This document shows, in pieces, positions 37,259 to 50,832 of a stretch of 64,000 bases of DNA. The number at the start of each line of letters is the position of its first letter. Position 1 is the stretch's first letter. Location: the NCBI GenBank assembly GCA_013239625.1, contig MU056216.1, positions 12,930,729-12,994,728 of the forward strand, in the 5' to 3' direction. The translations under genes and the position numbers were made by a program. The notes below the pieces were generated by a model. It ran no database searches, was not told the DNA's origin, and was given only the letters and a program-made list of their open reading frames with translations. This DNA is from Lama guanicoe (taxonomy: Eukaryota).

Positions 37259-38523
37259 GTATGGATGCTGTAGTTTGGCTTTCAACTCACCCATTATGTT
37301 CCCTAAATGTTGGTGCATGTTGGATCCGGAGCTGGCCTAGGAGCAGACAGAAGCTCGCTCTGCTGTGGCCACATAACTTTCTTTTGCTAGAAGTCCCTCT
37401 ACCTCAGCGGCTTGAGATTGGGCCAGCAAGAGCTCAGAATAGACCTGGTAATGAAACCCAGCCCCGTCCCTGGGAAAATGACTGGTCATCTCAAAGACCC
37501 TTCTCCCACCACATCTCATCCAGGGCCTTAAGTCCACTATAACCACAGTTTCAAAATCTTGGAATGATCCACAGTGACGTTATCGTGGAAACTTAGCTGT
37601 CCATCACAAATCTCAAAGGCTTAGCTGGGTCTGGACCTAATTATAAAGTAAAACTATGAAGCTGGGACAATTGACTTGATCAGAACCTCAAGCTATTTTA
37701 TACTGTCAAGTCCCGCCCATTAAACATTTCCTCTTTAGAAAACAAAACAAAACCTGTACACCAGAAATTGACACATCATAAACCAACTATACTTCAATTT
37801 TTAAAAAAATTTTCTAATGTTGAAGATACCAGCACTTTGTGAAGCACTGGGAGGTGGAGCCAAACCACATGGTGATTTACAACCACATCCTAACACAGAG
37901 TGAAAATGAAAATCACTGAAGATTGTGTAAACCAAACATCTCAAAGACTCCTAGGTCCTTTAAAGGGTAGACAGGACTTCATTTCTTCATTGTGATGAAA
38001 CTGTCATGTTACTTCAACGTGTTTTAAGGTTCCAAAACCAAAAAAGAAACTAGACTAAGAACCCAAAGGGCAGTTTATAGCTTTCCAAAGTCTCCAAGAA
38101 ACCGCCACGGGATTTTGGGGGAGGGGAGTGGGGAGCTATACACCCAACTAAGCAGGCAGCCGGCAAAGACTGCAGGACAAAGGGCCACCTGCCCAGGGAG
38201 ACTTCAGTCTTCGTCTTTGTCCAGCAGAGACACCATCCCTGCAAAAAGTCCCATACGGTGATGTTTTCCACTTCAAAAGGCTGTCAAGCGAAGGCTCTGC
38301 TAAAACTTTACAAAGAGCCCGACAGTCCTGCTCTGAGAGTAGCCAGGAAAGGAGTTTCACCTCCACGAATCTGCACTTGTTTGAGGTGGCCTGTCCAGAC
38401 AACGGTGGGCGTTTCTGGAAGCAGACCTGCTTTCCAGCACCTCACCCTGTACCCCCCACCCCAGGTTCTGAAGAGAAGAGGCATCAGTACGTCTTCCATG
38501 GGAGAAAGCACCAGACTAGGCAC

Positions 38524-38618
38524 TTTTTTATTTTTTTGTTGGTGGAGGTACTGGGGATTGACCCCAGGACCTCATGCACGCTAAGCACGCGCCCTACCAC
38601 TGGGCTGTGCCCTCCCCC
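38524..38618 (-). mobile_element. Vic-1-type SINE
   Basis: tggaggtactggggattgaccccaggacctcatgcacgctaagcacgcgccctaccactgggctgtgccctcccc. Confidence 0.9.
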
Positions 38619-40880
38619 TAGACGAGATACTCCAACGCAGACCGCATGAGATCGCCACTTTCCTTCCTGTTCTCGCTAAGCCTTTGGCGGTAGATGCTAC
38701 TATCCCAGCTTGCAGGTGAAGACACGTGGCCCAGGAAGGTTAAGCAGCCTCTGCAAGGCCACACAGCTCTCCAGTGCGGAAGGGAGGTCTGAGTGCAAGG
38801 CTTGCAGCTTTGAGGGCAAGCTCTTCCCCACCCCACCCCCAGCCTCAGCGCTACAGAGAGGTTGCAGAGGCCCGGCCTGCTGGATATGACCCATCACTCC
38901 AAAATCCTACAAAGGATCCTGCCTGCACTCTGGAGGCAAGCTACATCCAGCCTCGAGAGAAGTCAAAACTCAACCTGGAAGCACCTGCTTCCTTGGCTTG
39001 CTGTGCCTCCCTGTTTGCTTGCTCGCTTGCTTCCACCATCTCTAGGCGAGGCAAGTCTGCTGCCTGTGTCTGTCGATTGTGGGCCTAAGATAATACCTAT
39101 GACCCTGCCCATAAATGGGACAGTCTGAACAAAAGAACCTGGTTTTCCCCCTGTGCTAAAAGGGGCATAAATGCATGGAAGGATGGATGAGTTTGAGGGG
39201 GGGATATTCTGACCTGAGTTGTTTTTGTTTTTGTTTTTATTAAAGCCCTGGAGAATCTGGTCTATGCAATATAGAAAGAGTGTGTGTAATAGCTTTATAA
39301 ATGCTTACTTTTTTTTTTAAAGCCATCAGCCTTGATTGAAAAAGATTGCCAAATCACTCATTATATAAAATTCCTAAAAAAAAACTATTTTCATTCAAGC
39401 TTTCTTGTTTAAATTGGTCAGCCATCTGTTTCTGGGAGAAATTAGAAAGGCAGAATGTCAAGCAAAGGCCATAAGTCAGAAGCTCTTTTGAAGTGCCCTT
39501 GGAGTAAAACCTTTAACCTTTTTGGGCCTTAAGCCCATGTCTGGAATGAGAAGAGTCATCATGTTGTTAATTTGTCTAACAAGTATTTGTTGAGCATCTA
39601 CTGTGAGCCAATCCCAACCCCACTGGGAGGTTTCTAGAGTTTCTCTGGTTATTATTAAAAAGTGATTTGTGCTTATGAAACCCCATGTCGGTGTCTACCA
39701 CAATGTTAAATGCACATCCTTCAACCCACTTCCAGGACTCTCCTGCAGAACACTTGCACATGAGCACAAAGGTCACAGGCTGTCTATTACAGCATATTTG
39801 TAATGGCAAAAACAAAACAAAACAAAACAGCAGACAGTCTAAATGTCAGGAATGCCGCTAATCAATTTTTAAACATGGGAAAAGTCTATGCTGTATTAAA
39901 AAGAGGGGAATCACCTGAAACTAACACACATTGCAAATCAACTACACTTCAATTAAAAAACTTTCAAAGGAGGGAAAAGCAAATTAAAACATATATGTAT
40001 ATATAATCCCATTTATGTAAACAAACAAAAAGGACCTTTGATTGGGTATACATTTATAAATGCATAGAAAAAGGTGTGCAACTGCAAATGACTAACTGGT
40101 TACTTCTAAGCAGGTTGAAGTGGCTTTCACTTTTTACTTGATAAACTTCATATTGTTGAAATACTTTACAGCAAGCTTATATGATCTTTTTTTTTAAAAC
40201 TTCTAAACATAATTTACATTTTTAAATGCCTTAGACAGTAACCAATAAAAACAGACAGAACAAACGTAATTCAGGCTTTAGGCTCTGCTGAGTCTCAGAC
40301 TGATACTGTTTATCTCCGAAAACGAAGCTGAAGTCAGATGCCTATGCATTCTCCCGACTTGAGATAACCCTGCAGGCTGCTGGGAGGAAAAGGTTATAGG
40401 AGAAAATAACACACGGCAAAGATGTTTACACGAGCGGCCATTCCGCTCTTGCAGGCCCCCTCTCGCTCCTCCTCGGTAACTCTCCAAAGGGGAAAAGTGC
40501 GAAAGACGTGAGGTGTGGGTGCATCCCCACCTGGAAGGTTCTTGCTGGCTCTGGTTCCGAGGGTAGGAAGCCTTTGGAAGGCATTCTCATGAGGTGCCCA
40601 GCTCTGAGTCAGTGCATTACTGAACAGGACCACCAGGGCCACCAAGAGGAAACATCCAATGGCAAACCCCACTACCGCTCTGGGCCTCACTGTAATCAAG
40701 AGGATGTTGGCTCAAGAGGATGGGGAATAAAAACAGGCTGGAGGCTTGGCCTTTCTGCAGAATGTGGAGAAGTGAATGCAGTAACGGCTGAGCAGTGGCA
40801 AACCTGGCGGGCAGGACGGCCGCCCCAGAGGAAGAGCCCCATTGCCCTGTCGCCCTGACTCTCCCTTGCTCCTTACACAG

Positions 40881-40994
40881 AGGGGGCCACGGCCAGCGAG
40901 TACAAAGCTCTGATGACCGAGCTCAAGATCCTGACCCACATCGGCCACCATCTGAATGTCGTCAACCTGCTGGGAGCCTGTACCAAGCAAGGAG
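40881..40994 (+). CDS. FLT1: FLT1 exon 19 (alphaC helix): [38 protein letters not shown]
   Basis: ttacacag|AGGGG ... GGAG|gtaaat; 114 nt. Confidence 0.98.
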
Positions 40995-41679
40995 GTAAAT
41001 GGGAAGGGAGGGCCCCTGCTCCCCCATTCACACGCCAGGGGCAGCTCCCCATCCCACAGCTCCTCCTCATCTCCTGGAAGATGGCCCCGCAACAGCCCAG
41101 AGGGAGCAGCCTGTTCGATTATGGAAGGTGCTCCCATCCTGGAAATGCCTTCCTTATATGTACACTTAACTTAAAGGCTCTGAACCGAAGGACGCCCTTT
41201 TAGACCTCCTTCCACAGGCCTGAGGTCAAGTGGAGGGCATTTTTCTCAGGATGACTTGGAAGGAGTATGAACGGGGCTGAGGTATAGGCATAAAAAGGTG
41301 AGCACTCCTTGAAGCCTCATCTGGAGAAAGGAATCAATCCTGGTAGGATCCTAGGAGGAGGTGGTGTGGGGACAGCACCTTCCCAGGCCTCAACCACTGG
41401 GGCAAGTGCAGGAACAGAGCTGTGGTTATGACTGAGGACTCGAAGACCATTCCCTCCTCCCTCCTAGGGCAAGGTTAGCACTCCCAGCATGCCCTAGGGC
41501 AGGGCCCTTGGGAGCTTCTCTGAGGGCACTTCCACTTTAACCTGGAACCGGAAGTTTTTCTTCACCGCGGGCCTCATCGGAGGGGACAGATGAGGCAGCG
41601 GAATCTTTCAGGGCTTCCTGGGGATCCGCAGTGCAGTCCCAAGTTTTTCTTCCTTCCTGAACACCTTGCTACTTTAGCC

Positions 41680-41778
41680 CAGGGGTCCGCAAACGATGGC
41701 TGGCCAGCCTGTGAGCTTAGATTGACGGTTTTAAATATTTACCCTCTCTCCCTTTGCAAGAAAGTTTGCCGACCCCTG
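41680..41778. mobile_element. 99-bp MER58-like hAT MITE
   Basis: TIRs caggggtccgcaaac / gtttgccgacccctg; perfect 8-bp TSD ctttagcc (41672-41679, 41779-41786). Confidence 0.88.
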
Positions 41779-42215
41779 CTTTAGCCTTTCCAAAGCCCCA
41801 GGGCAATATCTGTGCAGATACCCTCAGGTTGCTGTGCTGATGGGGACAGTCAGGCCAGTAGGACCAGAAGGGGGCAGGGTGGTGTGACAGTGTCCTGTGG
41901 CTCACAGGTGGAGACGGTGGCTGGCAGTTAGTTATAGGTAGAGCCCTGACCATGGCCCTTCCCCTCCCCAGAGTCTTTTGTCTCTTCTTCTCCTCTTTTT
42001 TCTGCTTCTTCCCCATCCCCCAGGTGTCTCCTGTTCCTTTTGTATTTTTCAAACCCCTACTCAGATTCAATTGAAAGAAATCTCTCACCCCTAAGTTGCA
42101 TCTCCCAGACCCCGCTAATATAAAGGCAAGTTGGATGGACGTGTCTCAGGCCCACTGAAGGCTGGCATATGGCTGGCCGGCTCGATGTGACTGAGCATGT
42201 GCTGTTTTGCTGCAG

Positions 42216-42304
42216 GGCCTCTGATGGTGATCGTGGAGTACTGCAAGTATGGAAATCTATCCAACTACCTCAAGAGCAAACGGGCCTTGTTCTTTCTCAA
42301 CAAG
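42216..42304 (+). CDS. FLT1: FLT1 exon 20 (hinge): [30 protein letters not shown]
   Basis: ttgctgcag|GGCCT ... CAAG|gtaagg; 89 nt; too short for the ORF track. Confidence 0.98.
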
Positions 42305-42357
42305 GTAAGGAACTGAGGGTTGGAGGTTTGTAAAGACGGCAGTGAGTTTTTTTAGGC

Positions 42358-42859
42358 TGTAGCAGCATAAAGCAAGGGAAACCTATATTTTTCCACTGCC
42401 AACTCAAAACGAATGTCGCTAGCTATCGCCTGGCTGTAAGAGGGCTGAGTCACTCACCGCTGCTGTCGGTAACCTTTAACACACCCCGAAAGGAGTTCTG
42501 GGAGGAGATTAGGAATGGGACACTCTGCTCTGGGAAAACTGGCGGGACAGGCCTTCAGATATAGTTAGGTATTTTCATGAAAAATTTTTTTTATGAACCT
42601 GGATTCCTGCATCTTCCCATACTTAGAAAAGCCCTAAAACCATTAACTAAGATATCTGTTTCCTGTGACTGTGACACATAAGATGTGTGTCTGGTTGTAC
42701 TTACCCTCTTTGCCGAAATCTCAGACATACTGACCTCCCCCTACCTCATCAGCACAGTTTCTGAGAGGCTGTCTCCTGGGCTATTGTCCTCAGAAAGACA
42801 CTGAATAAACTCGACTCACAGCTTTTACACTGTGCTTTTTTTTTCCTTTTCAGTCAACA
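42358..42859 (+). mobile_element. Solo LTR, probably ERV1 class; 5' boundary uncertain
   Basis: 3' half typical of LTR39/MER39-like LTRs (ctgagaggctgtctcctgggct..gtcctcag...ctgAATAAActc.actcacagct...ttcagtcaaca); ends in CA. Confidence 0.7.
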
Positions 42860-43505
42860 CTGTTAATGACAGCTTAAAACACAATTTCTGCTTTTTCCTT
42901 TTAAAAAATTCTTTTCTTTCCATGCTAATATATCATACTCTTTTTGTGTACAGCACAGAGAATATTGGATCCTACTGTATGCAGTGACAACTATGGATTA
43001 AAATCTACTAGCCATCCACCTGAATACCTATCAAGTCATCTTGATAAATTTATCTTTATATATATATACACACACGCACACTCTTAGACGTGCACAAATC
43101 AGTCACTCGTTTCTTAAAAGATGATTGCAAGTATAATTGTTTCCATTTATTAAAGACTCAATCAACAGACCAGTGATGGGGTCAGAGAAATCATTGCCTT
43201 CCCTTCCAATTACCCTTTCTCCCTCTCCTCCAACACCCTCCCCACCCATGTCACCCCTATACACACACTGAACCAGCCTTATCCACTAAAATAAGGCTGT
43301 GCAATTAAAGGAACACATGGGTCCAAGTCCTAAGGCAAACAAAGTTTAAAAGAAATTACTGAATGGAGGAGAAGGACTTTAATAAAGCTTTGCCAGTGTG
43401 ACCTACCTCACCAATGTTGTGCCCTTCTCTGGACTAGGGAAGCTCTGGAGACAGTGATTTGACATGATTAACCTATAATCAGCAGTGTAGGTGATAAGTC
43501 CATGT

Positions 43506-43720
43506 AGTGTGGTGGTTAAGCATTCAGACTTCGGAATCAGATTTCCTGGGTTTAAATCCTGTCTGTACTACTCACGAAATCTGGGACCTTGGGCAAGTTA
43601 CTCCATCTCCTTAAGTTTCAGTTTCCTCATTTATTAAATGCAGGTAAGAATAGAACCCACCTCATGGAATTGTTGAGTCAGATTCCATTAATCACTCAAT
43701 AAATGTGAACTATCTTCATC
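43506..43720 (+). mobile_element. MIR
   Basis: gtggtggttaagc...cctgggtttaaatcct...gaccttgggcaagttact...cagtttcctcat. Confidence 0.85.
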
Positions 43721-45759
43721 ATTATTGCCCCACTGAGATAGAAAGTTTGGGTCAGTCCAGCTGAATGCCACTCATCTCTATGAGCTGTATGACGGATAAA
43801 GTATATGGCGTCCAAGAACGATGCCCATCTCTGTCATGCGGGCAAGATTCTTCACAAATAAGAACCACTAGACAGCTGGCCCATTCTCTCAGCTCTCAAA
43901 CTCTGATCCAGCCGGAGACACAGGTGACCCACCATACTGGCAACACAGATGCAAGAACATATTTTCCCCAATTTTAAACCATGGCCGCTAATAATTAGAA
44001 TCCGAAGCAGAAAGGGACCTCTGTGATCAGCTCATTCGCACTCACATTATAGAAAAGTCAAGTGATTGGCTTAAGAATGCACACTTAGCAAGAGGTGAAG
44101 TCAGGGAGAAAGAACCCAGCTCTCTTGATTCCCCTTCAATGCTTTTTCCGTGCACTACACTGGATAAGGAGAAGAAAAAACCCTAAGAAAAACTGGAAAG
44201 TGGTGCCCTGAGCTGAGAGCAGTACAAATTCTCTCCAGTCCTGAAATCCTGGGCTGGCTTCAGGAAGAACTAAGCCAGCAGGATACCCCAGGGACCTGGG
44301 CAGGATGGAACGTTTGGGTTCGTGTGTCCTTTGTTTTGAAGAGCTTGCTTCCTTCTCTGGCTATATTTAATGATTCGCCTCCCTGTTGGTGGAGCTTAGT
44401 GTTTTCGTGGAAAACACATGGCTGTATTTCATACTTGGAACCTCAAGTAATATAAAGAGAAGGTGAAGGAAAAACTGAAAGGCTAAGTAGAAACGGGATA
44501 TTTCATTTTCCACATAAACTCACTAGAATCTTTGAATATTATTTGTAATAAATTCACTGTATTCTGTCAGAGTCCTGAAAGTTTAGTAAATCAACCTTTA
44601 TTTACCAGAGACAGTTACCAATAAGCAAAGCTCGGTATACCATTGCTTGGGGGTCGGGAAGGGTGTGGGGGAGTGTGAGTTATGGTCCTTGGAGTCACGC
44701 CCCAGGCTGTGGATTTTGCGAGGAGGAGGAAGAAGGCTGCCCAGCGAACGCTGAGTGGGCCCGGGAGCCCTTTTCACCCCATCACCTCTGCCAGCACCCC
44801 TCCCTGCTGCCTTCTGTCCTGGGAAGGGTCTTTTGGAAAATAAAATTTCAGTGCCCAACTGAGCAGAATCAAATCTAACTGCCTCAGGGAGATACAATAA
44901 CCGAGAGTTACCCTCTCTATCTGTTCTCAGGTGGGTTATCTGGGTGGCGGCAGGTGTTCACTCTGAGGCCTCCCTCCCCTTCTGCAGCCCAGGAAGGTCT
45001 CTGCAGGGACAGGAGCCTGGGACCCTCCACACTTTGAGGGTTTATGGGGCAGAAGCACCCTTCTCGGTCCTCTGCTTGCTCCCACTGCGCCCTCTGGTGG
45101 AGGGATCACCCCACTCTGTGACACTTCAGAGAAAAGCCAGGGTCGGATGCAAGCCTGCTTAATCTTAGCACTGCCACACCACACAGGTAGACCAAGGGAC
45201 ACCACTGAACCCCAGTCCCTCTCAGCACCTGGTTGGTGCTGCCTCCTCGTGGACCTGAACTAGGTACATGTCGAGTCATGAAGCCCCTGGGAGTGCTGTT
45301 TCCGTGTCACAGCTATTAGATGAAGTACAAAAGGTGATTCAGGGTTTTTTCTGGTTCCATCCAGAATCAACAGCTCCTTCCCTGGACATACAGAATTAAA
45401 AAAAAAAAAAGATGATCGAGCTTTTCAGATGAGGAAAAAGAAATCCAGAAAAGGAAGGTGGTTTGCCCAAGATCACATGGTTAATGAAAGGGCCAGGTAC
45501 ACGCCAGGGTTTGGGCGCCCAGTTCAGGATGAAAGGCCTTTCCTACCCTTGTTAGGATCAAACTGTACCTTTGTTTTGAATGGAGGGGAGAAAAAGAAAC
45601 GAAACCAGAGAAGTTGACAACTGCAGCCTTGTCTGATGACTCCTCATCAGGATTACAAAGCGAAGTCCCAGCACCAGTGGGCTCCTGTTCCAGCACTCCA
45701 GATCACCTTTCATGGATGGCACACAGTTTGGAAAAGTTCTTAAGTGCATAGACTAGGGC

Positions 45760-45960
45760 TGGCCAAACCTGGGTTCAAGCTCTGCCATTTACTATCTGCA
45801 TGTGACTTTGATTACTTGATTTCTCTGAACCTATTTCTTCATGTATAAGCAAGAACAACTTCGTAACATTGTTGGAAAGATTAAATGAGAAAATGCCCCT
45901 AAGATGCTTAGGATACTGGCTCACACAGAGCATGCTCTCAATAAGTACCAGCTTCTGTGA
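45760..45960 (+). mobile_element. MIR
   Basis: cctgggttcaagctctgccatttacta...tgtgacttt...gattaaatgag...atgctcaataa. Confidence 0.75.
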
Positions 45961-46190
45961 ATACTCCCTTATCCTGCCTACGATGCTGCCTAGAAGCCCC
46001 GTCAAGAGCAGGACAGACCCACAGCCCCAGAGCAGCCAGCCACCTGGCCACCGTGGGGCCCCTGCTACTAATTTACTGTCTATTTTGTCGGGTGATATTC
46101 TCCCAACTCCAGTGATCACCAGCTTGAGGGACTGGTTTCCCCATTGTTGTTCTGTCCCCTTCATCTGTGTCTTTCTTGGTCTGCTCAAAG

Positions 46191-46347
46191 GATGCAGCAT
46201 TACACATGGAGCCTAAGAAAGAAAAAATGGAGCCGGACCTGGAGCAAGACAAGAAACAAAGACTAGACAGTGTCACCAGCAGCGAGAGCTTCGCAAGCTC
46301 CGGGTTCCAGGAAGATAAAAGTCTGAGTGATGTTGAGGAAGAGGAGG
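46191..46347 (+). CDS. FLT1: FLT1 exon 21 (kinase insert): [52 protein letters not shown]
   Basis: gctcaaag|GATGC ... GAGG|gtaggt; 157 nt. Confidence 0.98.
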
Positions 46348-46780
46348 GTAGGTATTAATTCCTTCCTGTCCTACAGTCTGAGATATTTTTACAACATACT
46401 GTGCATCTCTGAAATTTTTTTCTTATTTATCACCTTAATAAACATCCGTGGGAGACTCGAAGGGTAATGTCCTGGGGAGATAAGATGTGGATTTAGATTA
46501 TTTACAGAGTTACTAATTTTGACAAGGAACTGTACAACTGTCTCCCCTTGGGCCTTTTTGTCTTAACGAATCACCCCCCCCAACCCCCATGCCTGGATAA
46601 AATGGGCTAGAGGCCTGGAAAAATCTCTGATACTCATGTTGAAACTCAAATGCTCTTGAAAATGAACTCTGATCAACTTGTTGGTTTGTTTTTTGTTTTG
46701 CTAACATTGTTCCAATAACCTGGGATTTGGTGGACTAGCGTGAGCCATTACAAACAGTTACGGTTTTTAATGCTTTCCAG

Positions 46781-46878
46781 ATCCTGACGATTTCTACAAG
46801 CAGCCCATCACGATGGAAGATCTGATTTCTTACAGTTTTCAAGTGGCCAGAGGCATGGAGTTTTTGTCTTCTAGAAAG
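46781..46878 (+). CDS. FLT1: FLT1 exon 22: [33 protein letters not shown]
   Basis: ctttccag|ATCCT ... GAAAG|gtcagc; 98 nt. Confidence 0.98.
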
Positions 46879-47527
46879 GTCAGCCTCACTCTCCACTGTT
46901 TATTTCTCAGCCAGGCCTGGACTTGTGGGTATTCACACAAACATACGTCTTTGCTATAAAAATACTTTTCCTCATACTCACTTACATTTATGTCCTTAGA
47001 ATGTAGAGTGACCATCACCACACATGCCTTGGTTTGTCCTGATGTGAGTGGAGAGTTTTGAGAACAATGAGTCTTGGGGACCAGCGTGTAGCACTTAATT
47101 GCAGGAGAAAAGCTAACTGGGTTTCAGCAGAGAGAAACCTGACACCCGTGCTCCATCCGCACTGTCATTTGGCTGTTTTCAAAACCGGCCAGAATCTCAG
47201 AGTACCCGACTTCGCAGGAGCGTGTCTATTAATACATCCATGTGGAGTCCTCCCAGGAAACGCAGCTGCATCGTGATCTGGTCTCAGCAGCTTAGGATAA
47301 AAGGCTGTGGGAAGTTGTGCTCCCTGGGAGAGCCTGACTGCCCACTTTGTTTACTAGGACGCTGTCCTGCGAAACAGTAGCAAAGGGGAGTCAGGGCATT
47401 TCTTGACTTTGGGGCCTTGAGGGGTCTGTGTTTGTCAAGAAGTGCTTCAGGTCTGTGGTGACTGCACGCCCATCGGGAGCTGCTCCCTTCATGGAAAGGA
47501 AGCAGGTGAAATGGATCCTAGAATTAA

Positions 47528-48022
<495 letters not shown>

Positions 48023-48351
48023 TGACCTCTGTGGGAGTTTCCTGTGCTGCTGGAAAGAACAGCCTGGACTCGTCCCCTCAAATAAACCTGGGTGATGGAT
48101 TCAGCAGGTGTGCCTCTCAGGAAAGGGTGGGGAGGGCATCAATGTGATCTCGCAAGGAAGGAAGCGGCGTCCCTCCCCGTCTGCCTGCCCTGCTCAGCGT
48201 CTCTGCTGGCTCCCCCGGCCTCTCCTCCCCGCCTGCTTCTGGACAGAGTGTTATTTTCAGTTTTGTGGGTGACCTCTGTGTCCCCTCTTTTCTCTGGCCT
48301 TTACCCTGAAGGCCTGAGTCTGTCTCTGGGCTCTGACGACCTCTTTACAGT

Positions 48352-48507
48352 CATGGTTCTCAAACTCGAGCAAGCACACAGATCACCTGGAGAGCTAATT
48401 AAACGGGGTCAGTCCGTCAGGGGTGGGACCTGAGAATGTGCCTTTCTAGCAGCTTTCCAGGGGCTGCAGCCCCAGCTGGCCCCAGGACCCTGCTTTGAGA
48501 ACCGCTG
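48352..48507. mobile_element. MER5A-like hAT MITE
   Basis: TIRs tggttctcaaa / tttgagaaccg; internal atcacctggagagct and ggggtgggacctgagaatgtgc; approximate TSD ctttacag / ctccacag. Confidence 0.82.
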
Positions 48508-49215
48508 CTCCACAGCCTCTTTTCACAAAAGGGAGATGACACGCACGAGCTCACCCTGCAGCCCGAATTTGCAAAGGTGGCACCACCTGGGTGTCGGTCT
48601 GTCCTCCCTTTCTGTCCACCTGCGTCTCTTTCAGCCTCTGTCTCTGCATCACCGCATACTTCCTGTCAGTTCCCATCCGTCTGAAGCAGCAAGGCCTAAC
48701 GCCTGGGATTCCTGCTTGAAGACCAGCCGTATGGTGTCCCAAATATTATGTCACCTTCCTCTTTCCAGCACCTTTGCCTACTCCCTGCCCCCATTCAATG
48801 GCTTTTAGAAGCTGTCTTTTTACAGTGGAATGCCTCTCAGAGCCCCCCTTTTTGAGAACAATTCCTGGAAACCATCGATTTTCAGGACAGCTACTAATTC
48901 AGATCGCTCTTCACTCGGTCTCCCTGCGGAGCGCAGGCTTTTTAGGGGAGAAGGATATCTTACAACTGCTGAGTGAGGACGTACTGACAGCTGACGAAAC
49001 ACTCCTTGCTGTCACCGAAGTTGGTGCCGCACACGGCCCTCTCGCTGCAGTGTCACACTGCGTGTGACGAGTTTTCTGCATGTCAGGAAGCCACAGCTGC
49101 TCTGGGAAATGGCTTATGGGCCGAACGCCGTCTGGGTGGCGGCCGCATGGGTGCTTGGGCTGAATGTGCGCTGTCTGCATGTCCTTCTGCTCAAGACCCC
49201 CTTGCCCTTTTCTAG

Positions 49216-49698
<483 letters not shown>

Positions 49699-49934
49699 TG
49701 ATGTTAGCCCAGCCAGCCCTGGACATTGGCTTTTGCAGGATGAACAACAGGAACACTGGCTGTGTTTACTCTGCTTCCAACAACACCCACTCTGGGTGGC
49801 TGGAAGCCTTGTTTAGGGCCCCACGCACACACGGGCGCACAGGGCCCACATCTGCTTGCAGACACACACTGATGCTCTGAGGCCTCCCAAACACGGGGTC
49901 TAGCCAAGAGTCTTTTGGACTTGGCCAAAAATTT

Positions 49935-50066
49935 NNNNNNNNNNNNNNNNNNNNNNNNNNNNNNNNNNNNNNNNNNNNNNNNNNNNNNNNNNNNNNNNNN
50001 NNNNNNNNNNNNNNNNNNNNNNNNNNNNNNNNNNNNNNNNNNNNNNNNNNNNNNNNNNNNNNNNNN
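49935..50066. other. Assembly gap (132 N), intron 24
   Basis: run of N. Confidence 1.
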
Positions 50067-50732
50067 CCCCACAGTGACACAGTGCCAGCACTGCACGCCT
50101 CCCAGCTGCTTCCTTCCAGCAGTAATCACTAGAAAGTGCAGACAAACAAGTGTTCAGATAGCCAAGGTTCGAGGTCTGGAACGGAGCAGACTGGGAGGCC
50201 TTGCTCACCCCACCGCCAGCCTCATCCTGCGGCTCCAGGCCCCCTTCCCTTGGGCATATCACAGCAACCAGTCCCCAGCCGTGTGCCGTTTACAAGAAAG
50301 TGAGTTAAAATCATTCTCAGTGAGGTGCAAATGAGCCACAAGTAACCTCAGAGTCCACTGACTTTTTCAAAAGAAGCTTATTAACCCAAGGAATGAGTCT
50401 CTAAATGATGGAATTCTTTTAGAGTTCCTCACAGGGAGAGGGGAGGGACCAAACCCTTCAGATGACACCCTTTCTCCAGACCAGACAGGAGTGGCCGCGG
50501 GAATGTTTGCATCAGGCACCCAGCACCAAGCAATCCAGCGTGTGCCACTAGCGAGGATGCACTGGGTTTCCCTGTGGCTCGTCCCATGCTCTGAGATCCA
50601 GTCCCATCACTGGGAATTTATTACTAAACCATCACTTTGAGGGGAGGAAATACACACGGTATTGGCCCTTCATGGCCTCTCGTGCCCTGCAGCCTTAACG
50701 TGCCCTGTGTTTCCCCACGTTGCCCTGTACAG

Positions 50733-50832
50733 GTGGGTCCCCGTACCCGGGCGTGCAGATGGATGAGGACTTCTGCAGCCGCCTGAAGGAAGGCATGCGG
50801 ATGAGAGCCCCGGAATACGCCACTCCTGAAAT
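50733..50832 (+). CDS. FLT1: FLT1 exon 25: [33 protein letters not shown](I)
   Basis: ctgtacag|GTGGG ... GAAAT|gtgagc; 100 nt. Confidence 0.98.
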
